Below, one piece after another: positions 14,001 to 29,000 of a stretch of DNA of 61,872 nt. The notes under the pieces are model-generated. The model was not told where the DNA came from, made no database searches, and worked only from the letters and a program-made list of their open reading frames with translations. Numbering within the stretch: the first letter of the stretch is position 1; the number at the start of each line of letters is the position of its first letter. The translations under genes and the position numbers were made by a program. The DNA is from Rotaria socialis (Eukaryota): contig CAJNYD010000578.1 of the NCBI GenBank assembly GCA_905331295.1, positions 1 through 61,872 of the forward strand. The letters are read 5' to 3'.

Positions 14001-17000
14001 CGAATATCTAAGCATACCATCATTTTTTCTAGTTGAATTTTCAATTGAGCAATATCACCGTCGTATTGTGCTTGTGATTCAATTGAACATTGTCCTAATG
14101 TATCTTCAAGAATCGATAAATTACGCCTTATATCATTAGCAAGAACTGTAGCAGTTTTATGACTAAAACAATAAAACAGTAAGAATTTATAATTTAAGTG
14201 TTAATTTTACCATTGAAATTTTTCTTTGATATCAGTTGAAACTCGAATAAAATTCTCGTTAACGTTTTGAATATCAATTTGTAATGAAATAATATTTAAT
14301 TGTCTCGAAAATGTTTGTATTTCATCATTTAAATGCAACAATTCCGGCTCGATTAAGATCAAACGTTGTTTTAAATCCTATAAAAATAAAAGTCCGCATT
14401 ATGAATTTTAATACAAAAACAAATTCAAACTTTATAAAGAAGAAACGTTGTTTGTATCTGTTGGAACAAAACTAAATGTTTATTTGATGGCAATTGTTCT
14501 TCAATATAACGCAATTGTTGATAAATATCACGAAATCTTAGTTGATATTCTTTCCACGTACGCAGAAAATATTCTAAACGTATTGTCTGTTGAATCATTT
14601 TATCTTGCAGATCATTCGAACGCTTCTCTAAATCATAATATTGTTTTGAATATCGTGAGCGTGTTTCGCGATCAAGTTTATCGAATAGAAAATTCAGCCG
14701 GCGACGTTTTTCATCGATTTGTTCATTGGAAAGTTTATGTTCATTCAATTGATGATTGAATTCATCGACTGTCGATGGAAATGTTATCGAACGACTCAAA
14801 CGCTCCATGGACAAATTATACGAATGTTCATACAATTTGCATTCATTTAAATACATATCGCGATTACGTTGATTTTCGATTAAAACTTCACGACGTTGGT
14901 CAAACTAAAAAAAAAGCGTTTATGCTTGTGAAGAATTTCGAGAAAAACAGATTTATCAACCTGTTGTTTAAGCAAATTGATTATGGATTGCAATTGATGA
15001 ATTTCAGAAGGCAATGCAATTATATTTCCATTGTCGAGACAAATGTTTTGTCCGTGCTTTTTTAAATTTGTTAATTCATCTTGATATCGATTTAATTCTT
15101 GAAGTTGATTCTATTTGGAAAAATGAATATTCAAGAAAAATTTAAATTTAAAATTACTCGTATAAAACTAAGTTGTTCTTCGAGTGAATCATAAAAATTT
15201 CCTTTTCGTTCTTTTAATTTGTTTAGCTTTTCTTGTAATAAATATATTTCTTCTATGTACAAATGCCATTCGCGTTCATATTGACGCTTGCGTCGTTCAT
15301 ATTCTTCGGTTTTCAACACATGTTCGCCAAGAGAACTTAGCGCATCTTCCACAGACTAAAGAAATCAGTTTGTTTTGTACTATTTAGATATTTGATTTAG
15401 ATTCTTACTCTGCCTGGTATTTGTAGATCATGCTCTACTAGTGACGAAAGTTTATCTAGTGATTCTTGATATCTACGTTGTTTGCGTTGGTGTTCATCGA
15501 CATCCTACAGGTTAAGTGATTTTTCATGCATCTATATTTAGGAATTTCTTAGATAAGGATCTCTAATGAGTTAAACATGATACTAAGGAAAATCATAGTG
15601 AGCTTCCAACTTGTAATTTACCATAGAGATGCAAAATTTTCACTCGATTTTGAAATGTAGAGTTTCGCTTAGAAATTGCTCCATTGGCTACGGAAGCTTT
15701 CTTCGTTGGATTTTAACGTTCTGGCTATTGTGAAATATTCGTAGAACATAAACTGGCTTATGCCAATATAGTTTACGTGAGAAAACATCATTTTGTATCA
15801 AGTACGTCTGTTCCTATTGATTGCTGTAGTTATCGAACTCGAAATGATTGTTTCCCTCAGCTCTAATTGGGCGCAGTTTGAATTTTTTAAGCGTGATAAC
15901 ATGCAATATTGTTATGTATTTTCTTACTCGCATGGTTTTTTTAATGAATATACTTCTTGTTTCAAGTTCATTGTTTGATTCAGTAAAACGCTCCACTAAA
16001 TGATCGATTTCTTGGCGTAATTTTTGTAAAGTATCATTTGGTAATTTCGAACTAAACATAATAGATTTTAATAAACATAATTTTTTTTTGTTTTTATCTA
16101 ACTTATTAATAGCTCGTGCAAGTGCATCGATCTCTTTTGATTTATCAATAATGTGTTGTTGTTTGTCATTTATTTTTTTTAATTCTCGTTCAAGAGATTC
16201 TAAATCACGTTTATCATTTAATGATTCATAAGAATAACTTTGTTTAATCCATTCAAATAGCATTTCAATGCCATCACGAAAATCTTTGTGTTGTCGATTT
16301 TGCTGTTCATATTCCTTTTTTTTTGGTAAAAACAAAATTATTAATAAAAACAAATTTTTGCGTTTTTTCTACCTCTTGTTTTTGATTGATAGTTGCTTTG
16401 ATTTTTTCAATTTGCTCGACTAGTTTCTGTATAGATTTTATTATTAATTGATCAATTTCCGGATAATCGTTTGTTGAATTATTAAGTATTTGTTTACGTT
16501 TATCTAATTCAAATTTGATATCATTTAAACATTGTAATTTTTCGTCGATGGTCAGTTTTTCTTCAAATACTGTTTCCACCGTTCTTTGAATATTGTTAAT
16601 CCATTGTTCATAGAAAACTTGTTGTTTACTAAATTCGCTTAATTGAAAATGAACTTTATAACTTAAATTAAGGCATTGATCAAGTTTTTCATGATGCACT
16701 ATTAAATCTGCCAGAAGACGATCGAGTTCATTTAACTAAAAATATAAATTTTATCTATATGCATTCATTTAACTCTTCATAGAACGAGTATTGCAGGGTA
16801 TTCAGGGCAACAGTGTGATCCTCTTCGGATGAGAATTCTAGACCGTACAGGTTTCTCTAACAATATCTGCATGAAATCAAAATATCAAGAATTTCAGTTA
16901 TCTATTGACTACTACTTTCTGGGAAGCCGAAACTGGAACCAGATTTATCCATCTGAAATTTTGTACTCGAACGCAATGGGCTCTACTACTGAGGTTCTTC

Positions 17001-20000
17001 GCAAGGCACAAATCAGTCGCATCCAAAATGTTCTGGGAGTCGAAAGAAGACGAAAAGCCAGATCCACACCCGATTATTCGCAAAATAAAAACGCCGTAAG
17101 ATAATGCTATTTACAAGGTTGCCTCTAAAAATTCGCGCTGATAAATTTTCGAATCTCAATACCTTCAAAGTTGCTTCGGGCATTTGACTGGTTTGAACAA
17201 TTCGTATAAGTTTATTTTTCAATCGGTCTAAATGTTGAAGATTCGATTGATATTCAGTTAAAACGGTTCGAGCTTTTGGCATAAGTTGATTGAGAGTTTC
17301 AATAGTTTTAGCATTTGTTAATTCATAAATTAATTCTTTTGCTTGTTTCAACCAATGTTCACATAATGCATAACTATTTCTATATTCTAATAGAATATGA
17401 TTCATTTCTACTATATCTTCTTCTTCATTAATTAAAATTTGTTCGATTTCTGTCCATTGACGTACGATTTCATTTAGACGACGTCGAATATGTTCACGTT
17501 CATGCGAATCTATTAAATGCGATATTAATGTTGATGAAAGTAGCTGTACACGATCGATCGATGGGCGATGTGCTTGCATTTCGACTGTTAAATCCTAAAA
17601 AAAATCAAACAATAAAAAGAAATTTTGATTCTTAATATTTCCTTTTTCCTTTACTTTTAATGCATCTAAATTTAATGCAATATTCGTTTTTTGAGTTTTT
17701 GCTTCAATGACTAATAAAACTTTTGTAATGTTTTCAATCGAACTTTCATATTCATCTCGTAATAAATTTAAATCATTTAATTGAGCTTTTTTCTCATTAA
17801 TACGAAGTTTAATATCGTCGATTTCTTCGTAAACTCGAATAATAATTTTTTCTAAATCATCCGATATATTTCCATAGGTATTTTTATAATCATCTAATGA
17901 TTGATCAAATAGTTGAAAATTTTTCGATAAATCCTCATCGATAATCTTAAAAACAAAACAGATAAAATGCAATTATTAAAAGACAAAGTGAATAAAACGA
18001 ACTTCAAGTTTTCTATTTGCTTCGTCAGTCACCGTTGGATATAATTCAATTAATTGTATTTTCGTACGTTGAATAATTGATAATATGATTCGAGCATTTT
18101 GTCGTAGTCTTTCTTGTTCTTGCACTTGCCGATCGAAATTTTCCAGGATATTTACTATTTCATTTTGTAAACTAAAATAGAAAGTTGAATTCGAATGAGA
18201 GATTTTTTGTAATGAGATCATTATTAATTACGATTGAAGATCGTTGGAAACTTCTTGATGTTGATTTTCTAAGACAGTAATGATTTTCGGATCACATTTT
18301 TTCTCCAGTAGAACAGAAAGACACTCTTTGATTTCCGATATATGTGCATTTTCTAATTCAAGATCTCGCATAAAATTTTTCATTTCAACCGTTCGTCGTA
18401 CGACATCGACATTTGTATAACCAGTATCAATAACTTGACGTATTTCTTGTCGTTTTCTATTTAGAAATGATTTTATGTTGTTTAATGTTCGTTCAATTCG
18501 ATCACGAACTGATTCGTTTTCCTAAGGGAAAATTTGATTTATTTTTATTGTTTATGAAAATAAAAGCTTTACTTCTTGGTTTCTTCTTGCGCGGTCAAGA
18601 CTGTCGCGAACAGTTTCAACTGAATTTGCAATATCTTTTAACTCACGATCGATTTCTGTTGAACTTGATACATCTAAGGACTTCTTGAGATCTCGTCCGA
18701 GATATTGTAAGGCCGTGAACGTCGAATCCATATCGGTAAGCAAATTTTCGGCATGCTAAAAGAATCCATCATTAGAAAGAGATTCATTTTTACAGAAATA
18801 GTTGATTTTACATCAGGCGATTTTTCAATGAGATCTAATAGACGATTTGTGCTCGATTGTATATCAACCATACTTGAATTGAATCGATCGGATTTTTGAC
18901 GAATTTCTTCAACTTCTTTACGACGTTGACGGATTCGAATTTCTACAGAGAAATTTTTCGCTTGTTTTTAGTTAAGATAAAAATAGGTTCGCTTGCTTAC
19001 CAAGATCTTCAATTGTTTGTTCGAAATTTTTAAGTTGACTATCACATATTTCTCTAGCATTAGCTCGTAAATGTAACCGAAATGTTTCTGCTACTTTATG
19101 TGCTTCAATTAGACGATGCTTTTGTTCAGCACAAAGTGTTTCGAGAAACTGAAGAAAAAAGAAAATTAAAAAAAAAGAAGCGTTGATGTTTATGGGGTAG
19201 AAATGCGGTACCATTTCCCCACAGACAGTCTCTAGAAAGGAGTTTCATTAATCTCTCGCTGGAATTGCCGTAACAACTTTTATGGCACTCACATATAGTT
19301 TATAAGAAAATGAAGAGGTTAAGTTTAAAAGAGAGATTAGTGTGTTCATAATTTTGCTCACCAAGAGTTAGATTAATTAGGCTGTTAGTTCTTCCTTCTT
19401 TTCATTACAGACATAAGCAAATAGGTTATGTTCTAATTATAGTTTTTTGAAAAATAAAGTCGATTTTTCACTCGAGATATTTTGTATCACTTGAAGTAAG
19501 TCGAGAGGATATAGGTAACTTTCACACTTTAGTCCCAAGGAGGCCGCGCTACTGAACATTTCTTGGTGCTATCAAGCCATTCGAAGGTTGCATGCGTGTC
19601 TTCTAAAGATACGACAAATCGAGCAAAGCGTAACAGCTTAGAATCCTTCGAATCCGAATCTCTAGACTTCACTGTTCTAAATAAAATCGTCTAAAACGTT
19701 TCCGCACAACAAGATCTCTAGTTCTATGAAATAAAATACGTACATTTAGCTCTTTTTCATGCTCATCAAGACGCTTTCGATCGTAGCCATCGAAAAACGG
19801 CGCTAATTTAAAATCGGCATCACTAAAACCCCGTCAAAACAAACGAATTATTTAACCAAATCGAATTTCATCATACCAAATAACTGCTTTAACATCCGTA
19901 GTAAGTTTAATATAATGCGTAATACCTTGATGAATATCATTAAGAATAATGCGTTGCTTATTAAGAAGAGCCTATGAAAAGAAATCAATAGTTCTAATCT

Positions 20001-23000
20001 CGTCAAATCAATAACTTACTTTAACTTGATGTTTAAGTTCTTCGAGAATTTTCAATCGTTGCCGAATTTCTACATCATTTGAATTGACAAGATTCGGTTC
20101 ATCATGAAGAGCTTGGTCAATTCGAATCAAACGCTGATCAACTGATGCGTCAAGTTGCTAAGAACAAAAATAAAAAGACGAATTTTTTATCACTAACTAA
20201 ACATTTAAAATTTACATTCACTGAATCTTGAAGATCAGCAACATTATTGAGCGATAAATTAAGTTCAAATGGCTGATTAAAATCTTGAATCACTTTTCTA
20301 AACCAATCAATAATTGTTATTAAATCCTCGTTTAATTTATTTTGTGTTTTAATCATATGTTCATGTTCGCCGCGTGCTTTTTCGCAAGTTTTCTTTAATG
20401 CCTGCAGACGCTCATGACGATTTTCAATAGTTCGTTTCAATTGTTCATATTTCGAACGAGGAAGATCGTTAACAAGACGTTCACTAAGCTGAATCGATTT
20501 ATTTAATTCATGTTCACTTTGTTGTAAACGATTAGCGATGGTCTAAAACCGAATTATTATTATTTTTCTTTCAAATTGAAATTAAACGTAAAAGTAAAAC
20601 CTGAAAAGCAGCATCTTTATCTTGATGATGTTGAGATGATTTCAATTGTTCAGCAGAAATATGTAAATATGAATCAAGTTCTCTGTCGATATTATAAAAT
20701 TCATTTTCTGTTTGTAAAGCTCTTTCGATACGTTCGATTTCATTATGAATTTGCCCTTCGAGCGTTTTTAAATTTGCATTTAATTCACCAGCACTACGAA
20801 AATCAATGCGATGGCCTTTATTGGTTAATAAACGTTGTATACGCGTTAATTCTTTAAAATGATTCATTGTTTCATCAAGATGTTTTAACAGTTTTTTATA
20901 TTGTTCTAAACGTCGTTCATTCGATGGATAATTCATATCGGTTAATTTTTGTTGTTTCTCTTTTGCAAATTCATTTTGTAATTTTTGATAAAATATTTGA
21001 AACTGATCATTTTCTTGTTCGAATTCAGTTCGTTCGCCTGATGAAAAATAACAATATAGATGCAGAAGTTTATTTAGTTATTCAACTTACGAATAGCTTC
21101 ATCGAGCGAAGCAATACGTTGAGTTAAACTATCTAACAAACGACTGTATTTTTCTTTCAGAAGAGTATATTTTTCGTTCAATGTTATTCGTTCGGAATCG
21201 TTTAATGTCGATGCGACCAAATTATGAATGCGTGTTAACTCTTCAAATTCATTTATACGTTCTCTTGTTGCTTGAAGTAAAGACTAAATAGAAATTTTCG
21301 TTTGATGTCGTCGAATGGATGAACATTAAAGTCCCCGACTAGGATCCGAGTGGGTTCAAAAATCTTGGCCTTTACCGAAGAAGAAATATCCCTTGTCCTA
21401 CGAGCGACAATCAATTGTCATATGAAAAGTAGAGAAAAGTTATATCTCGAGACGTTTTAGAATTAAGTAGAGGGCTGCAGGGTGCAGGATTTCTATAACC
21501 TGTAATCTGCCCTGCCCTGCTATTTTTAAGATACAGGAATATCCAAAATTTCCTATCAGTATTTATGATACATTTAATTATATGTACTTCAAATTTGAAT
21601 CGGATAAAAACAACGCTTAATTTCTTCAAGATTTCTAATAGAAAAATATCAAATAAACAAAACTAGCTGCAATCTATCATAGTCGATCATTTTTTATATT
21701 ATGAGTGCTTTAGTCTCGGTAAATTCATCTTTCTTCATGCACAATTTTTTTGAAAAGATACCGGAAATGTCGGTTGTTCAAAATTAATATAAGATTAACA
21801 GGTTACGATATGAACAACATGTAATCTGCCCTGTAAAAATTCCATAACCTGGCCCTGCCCTGTCCTGCCAGGTTACGTGCACCCTGCAGAGCTCTAGAAT
21901 CAAGTTTTCTCAATTGAAGCTAGTACTGGCTAAAACGGGCGACGACTTCATCCTCATATTTGTATATTTTTCTTTTACTTTGATGCAAACCAAGCTCATG
22001 TTTCCTATTTACCCCTAAGACAGATTTTATCTTTAGAAAAAATTCGATTGATCGACATTATTTCCTAAAGAGAGATGCCTCTGGGGTGAACCTTCTAGCA
22101 AAAGTTTCACAGTATGAAACATAGTAAATTCATATTTATTTCCATTAGTACTTAAGTGAACTATTTTCTTACTTGCATAGTTTTCGATTTATCTTTCAGA
22201 ACATTAGTCGGTTGTTGAAGATCATTCGCAAACGGATCTTTAATTTGTTGCTCTGTTGTTTTAATCGATTCGTTCAGTTTCGTCATAATTCGATCGATTT
22301 CAAGTCGTTGTTCATTTGCTACATTTAATTGTCGCAAGCGATCATTTAGTGCTTCTTCTAAATGATTTAGTTTATAAGCCAATTCTATCAAAAAAAATAT
22401 CATAAACAAAAGAGGCTGAAATTGCTTTTCTTGTTTAATACAAACCATGTGTATGCAGATTATATTCTATTTTATCTTCATAGTAATAACCTTGTTTAAC
22501 ACTTTCATTCAGTTTTAGAATGTTCTCAAGTGTAATTCGTTGACTTTTTGTTTCATTTATTGCATCCTAGAAAACAGAATTCATGAGAATTTCTCTATAG
22601 GAAACGATATTTATTTATTTATACAGTATATTTTTTTAATAATCGTTCAACTTCGATTGTTTTTAATGGTATTGTTGTATCAGTAGGTATTAAACGTTGT
22701 TTATCCTTGTACCAAATCATAAATCGATCATAGGTTTGATCTAATTCTTGGCGTTGTTGAATTAAAGTATTCAATCGTTCATAACGTTTTTCAGCTTGCT
22801 CTTTTACTTGTTCTAATTCGACCTGGAATAATATTGTTACTATTTTATTTTATGTGTTAATGGAAGAAAATAATTTACTTGAATTTTAGTCATCGCGATT
22901 TCTGCTTGTTGTCGTTCTTGGCTCGATAAATCCGATGAGAAAGTTTTATATTTCGTACGTAGTAAATTTAGATTAGTACCTTCATTTTGAATCTCTCGGT

Positions 23001-26000
23001 TGAGAGTCTAAATTTGGAAAGTGTTTTAAGATGAAAATAGCTGAATTATTTTATTCTTTATTTTTTGAAAATAATCGTCTCGTCTCAAAGCATTGCTCTT
23101 TGCCCATTTATCATGTGTACAATGTGCAAATAATTATTAGATATATGCATAAGCATGTGATTAGTATAAATGTAATTTTAAAAGCAAGCATAAGATCCAT
23201 CTGGCATTTTTACATACGATTAATTTTAAGTAACAATAAATATATTTTCTTTATAGCTGATTTATCATTTTTCTAAAATAAAAACGGTGCGAATAGAATT
23301 TAAGAAATGATGTAGATTTTCTATTTTAAAATTTTCGTTTACGACAGTGCAGTTCAACTAGAAATGAATTCTGATTGCAAATCTATGAAAACAAAAAGTT
23401 CATTCGCATGGATTTTGTTCGGTTCTGTTGGCATGTTGAAAAATGATTTCAGGAGAGAAATTCAATTTTCTCGATATGCAATAATATCATTCTACTTGAA
23501 TAGTCAGCTCGTCTAGTCATTGGATGAGCAAACTACTTGGCGATAGGACTTTTAATCCTTCTGGATATCAGTACGATTTCAACTAGTGCATGTCTAAGAT
23601 TAACAAAAATGTTAGTGGGACTAAAATGTGAAAAATATTGCAGCCAGTCTTGCTAATCATAGGGATATGATTTTCTTCTATCTATTCCAAGATACATTCT
23701 GTCACAGTCCTTCTCTAATTAGTTCATTGTTGGATATCAGCGAAATTTTTCGCGTCCTACAATCTCTTGGGCAGTTTTTAGAAGGAAAATTGGTTAAAAA
23801 CAGAGTGCTATCTTAAATAAACTACGATAACACTTACTTCCGATTGTTTTCTGCCACTTAGAAGAATTTCCGTATTGGAATAAACTGTTCGAATTCTTTT
23901 GTACCATTAAACCAATAGCAAGTTGTTTTTGTTATTAAAGTTGTATTAACGTGATTGATCATTATTCACATTTCAACATCAATAAATTTAAGTTCTAAAA
24001 GCTCTATTAAATCAAAGCTAAGCAGAAAGCTGAATCGCAAGAATATAGCGGAGCACACAGAATCAGTTAGTAGGATATATGCACGTAAATCGAAGTTTTA
24101 ACAAACCAATAAAGTCAGATATAGGAGTGCTTTTATAATCTCATTGAATCTATATGTGTGAAATCATACCAAGAGTTATATGTACACATGCAAAGGACAA
24201 AGAGGAATCGAACAAAATAAGTTTAAAAAAATGATATTCTCTTGTTAGGTTCTTTCTCAAAACATATTCGAATACCTTAACGATAGACATTATATCTTCG
24301 ATATCACGAGTAGAATAGCCAATAAGACGAGCTGTTCGAAGATTAGTACTAAGTGCATTGATCCGATGAAGTAAATTAGTATGAGCTTGACCAAAATCAT
24401 CTAATAATCGTTCCAATTCTTGAGCTTGTACACGACGTTGAAATAACTATAAAAGAAATGTTCCTGTCTGAAGAATGCGTGTTTAATAATTAATTCGGTA
24501 TAAAGGAAAAACTGAGATAGAAACATCGCGTTTTGCATCAAAATTGTCAATCATTTAATGCGCAGTATTAAAAAACTAGAATCTACTACGGTTTATAAGA
24601 ACCCATTTTTACTCGTTGTTGCATTTTGAAGAATCAAATTTCGATGCTGCGAAAGCTGATCACAGTGCATCTTGTGGAAGAATTTGTTTTTTTGTACTCA
24701 AAGAGTGAGTACACTCTAGATTTGGTCAGTGTGTCCGGCCGTTAACGCGATAACTCTTGAAAGTCTCATCCAATTGTCTTGAAATTTGGTACACAGAATG
24801 GTCTCATCAATATCTCAGTCGAGTTCGAAGATGAGAAGGATCCGTCAAGAAATGGCTGGGTTACCGAAAAAATTGTCATTATTGACCAGACCATCCCTGA
24901 GGGGGAGTACAGGGATTTAAAAAAAAATTTTTCTCTCAGAATTATTCAAAACGTATATTAATCGACTGAGTTTTTGCAGTACACGTAACAATCGAATGCG
25001 AATCCGATGCTTCCTCATTTATTTTTTTTAAATAGCCACGCACTAAATGATTGAAAATCAGGACTTAAAATACGCCCATTGCCGGTTATTCATGTATGAA
25101 TATTTGGTGGAACAACATCGCCTACTTTATTATCGATTGAGTCCACAAGATTTTGAATAGTTCGATATTCAACAAGAAAGAAGATATTTCTATTTGTTGT
25201 TGAATCCGTAAGAGTTGTATTACTTTCTTCCATCAAACGATCAAGAAGACTACTTTCAGATTGAATCGAACGTAAATCATTTGTATAACGGTCGAATTCA
25301 GTTCGCATTAAATCAATATCGGTCAGTTTCATTTGCTGTCGTTGTTGAATTTCTTCATTAATCTTTTGTAATTTTTTTCGAATTTCCATCGAACAATTTA
25401 TATGTTCTTCATAGCGTTGTAATAGATTAAGACGTTTTTGTAAGATTATTTCAATACTAAAAAAAGAGCGTTTTATTCTTTCGCCATGAAATTGAACTCA
25501 AATATTGTCTCTACTTACGTATTTATTCGTTGCCGATGAGCATCAAATGCATTTTGTATAGTTTGTGAATCTGCTTTCGAAAGACCGGAGAGTTCAAAAT
25601 TAATTAGTTCTTTTCCAATAGTTGAAATCAACGGTTGAATTGTTTCTAATTGCTTTTGAGTTTGTTGTAATCGCAGAAATGTTTGATTCCATGTGCTGGT
25701 TTGAATCTGTCCGCTACCCTCAATTTGTTCCACAATTTCACGAGCAGTTCGTTCGAATACTTCAAAACGATTATGAAATGATTTACGAGATTCATACAAT
25801 CGTTCAGTTTCACGAAGCTAGAAATTAAAAAGATATTTCGAAACGTTTGATAGACTATTTTATGCTTTACTTTATCAGATGTAAGCCGATTAATTTGATT
25901 CCATCGAGTTTCAACACTCATTTGTTCTTCATGAAGGATTCGTTGACCTTCAGTTGACGTATATTGTCGTAGATCACTTAATTGTTTATTAAAACGATTA

Positions 26001-29000
26001 TAATTGGATGTATGATTATGAATATTTTCATCTAATGCCTGAAAATCAAATCTTTCGGAGAAAAAAGCTAAGAACTTTTTTTTTCATACTCGAAGTTCAT
26101 TAAGTAGAGCGTTGATTCGTGCGAGATCTATCAGTTTGTTGACATCAATTGTAACCATAGAATTAACTCGTCGTTCAAGTTCTTCTAGTATTTGATCACG
26201 AAATGAATTTAATTCGGATTCAAATAATAGCCATGACGAATATTGTTTGTCGTATCGTGGTGTTAATTCATCGGACTTTCGTACGACTTCAAGCCATCGT
26301 AATGATAAAGATTTAATCAAAGCTTTTAATTCATATTGATCGGCGACATTACGTTCTTCTTCGACTAAATTCGTATGAATTAAAGCCATACGGCGACGTT
26401 CTTCAAGAAATTCCTTTGAAATTAAAAAATTTTAACTACGAAAAAAAAAGTTCTTTGCTTTTTTTTTACTTTATGTTTATCATGTAATTGTTTAGCTTCA
26501 GTTAAATTTAACGCTCCGCTTTGATCAAGACGCTTAGTAAGATAGTATTCTGCCGAATCAACCCATGGTTGAAATTGTTGAATATAACGATGTGTTGTTT
26601 GAACATGTGTTCGACATTCGGCTACTTGCTCTTCTTCTCGATTTACTTTTCCCGATGCCGCCTCAGCTAATGCGCGTAATTGCGCTAAACGACTTAACGC
26701 ATTCTGTAAATCTTTTGGTCGAGTACGAAGTGATTCAAGGTTCGAACCATCGGAATATAATATTGATAAAGAATGTAAATGTTCACCGAGTTCACTACGT
26801 AGACGCTAAAATAAATATCCACATTACAGATTTTAAGATAGTACTTGAAAATTTATATAATAGTGACTAATAATCAAGGGGAAAACGGAGGATTATTGGG
26901 ATTTTAAATCCGAAAAAATCCCCAAATCGAAACGCATCTCCCCTGTTAATGACGTAGTTGCGATCTGAAATTCTTCCCCATATGTAGATTTCATGGGTCA
27001 TAGAAGATCCTAAAAGTTTCAACTCGAATAAATGTTTCCTTCTTAAAATATTGAATTTTCAAAAACACTGGATTTTCTAATCGTGCCGTGAAATGAGCAT
27101 TTCTTGCGCATTCACTATCTTGAGAAGGAAACATCTGTTTGCGCTGAAAATTTTAGAATATTCTAAGGATCATAAGACCTACATATGGAAAAAATTCAAA
27201 TGGAAATTCCATCATTCATGGTTTGGATTATGGGATTTTGAAAATCCTAAAAATCCCAAATCCGCCTTTTCCCCTTGTTAATAATAGTCATTTGATTGGT
27301 TTTGAGTTGAGCTTATGCGTCGTTAATACTGGGAATATTGTTAGGTCAATGGAGTTATTCTCCTTTGGAGCACAAGTGAAACTCTCACTATTGATCAATA
27401 GCTTCAAAAATCTGACACCCTTCTTACGGTTAACCTGTCAAACTCTCAAAGACGAAGGTAATTGACAAATATTCATAATCCTCTGATTATCTGTTATTAA
27501 TAGATTTATCATAGTCGGCGTTTTTTGCTGTTTAGTTTAATTAAAATCCAGTATTTTCTGAGTCTACCTTTACGACATTGAAGCAAACGAAAATATTACA
27601 ATGGCAGAAACAATAAGTTTTAGTTTACCTACAAGACTATAACGAGCGTATGGTTTGATTATGTTTAAATGTCGTTTAGTGAATCGAACTCAAAATTTGA
27701 TGATTTTTTTACCTCTAAGATCTGCTGTTTTTCTTCCAGTGGCCGTTCGCCAAACATTTTAGCATCAAACATCGAACCAATTTCTCTGAATAACGTATCC
27801 AAACGTTTTGATTCATCATTAAAACGTATCCATCGTGTATTATCAGCAATTAAGTCCTGTAAAATTTCGTCGATTAATCTTAATTTTTCATTTAGCTCTT
27901 CAATCATATTATCGTATTCGATTTTTAGTTTTTGTAATATTTCATAGGGTAATAAATTATTTGATGTCATCGATTGAAGATATTGAGCATTTTCATCGAG
28001 AATTAATTTCAAATCAACATACGAAGATCGAAGATACTTGAAGAATTATATAGCAATGAAAATACGAAATGAAAATCAAGAATAAAAATTACTTTGCAAT
28101 TTTCAATTTCATGTTGAAATGATGTTATCGTATGTAGATTTCCTCGTAGTTGTGCTAATTCAGTATTTAACCGTTCAGTTTGTTGTTGATATCGACGTGT
28201 ATTCGCATCGAAACGTTCCCAGAATTCAAGTAAACGCTACGAACAAACAAAAATAAAAACTGGATATTTAATTTCCTTTTTGTATTACTTTAAGTTTTTC
28301 TAAGTAATCTCGTGCTGATTGAACTTTCTCATTGTATAATTTTTGTACACCTTGTACATCTTGTTGAACATATTTCGGTACCATTGGTTGTCTCATTAGT
28401 TCATTTCCTCGTGTAACAAGTTCGTTGACTTGATGCGAAAATCCATCTAGTACATCACAAACTCTTATTTGACCTTGGACAGTCGTACGAACGTCGGATA
28501 GATCACGAAAATTAATTGGTGCATTGGAAATATTGATCAATGATGCATTTAATTGTAGACTATTTTCATGAATCATCTTAGCTGGAATAATGATGGTGCA
28601 GCGTTGCGAAGTTTCATCAATAGCACTTAGTAATTGTTTATAACGTGTGATAAGTGCGTCGAGACGTTGACGATAACGAGCTGGTTCACTCGTTGCTCGT
28701 TCTTCGATTAATTCATCTAAGAGTGTAGATAATGTTTTCACGTCGTACGCTATTGTATCGATCTGTTGAACGTCATTCTAAAATAGAAGACAAACAAACA
28801 CGTTCATGATTGAAGTTACATTCAAATCCTGGTGATTAGCGATAGGAAGATTTTGAATTATAATAAAATTCATGATAGGAATCTCTAGGTCATTAACCTA
28901 CATATTAAAGTCATCGGGATCTTTTAATGCTTATATTTTATTCAGAATATTCTAATTAACAAATACCTTGAAATCAAGCTTTTTGCGCCCTCTATTGGCC

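Noticed and set aside
16800..17130. GC-richer intronic stretch with several overlapping short ORFs
   Set aside because: Only weak terminal inverted similarity and no protein motif; probably a decayed repeat but not supportable as a feature.
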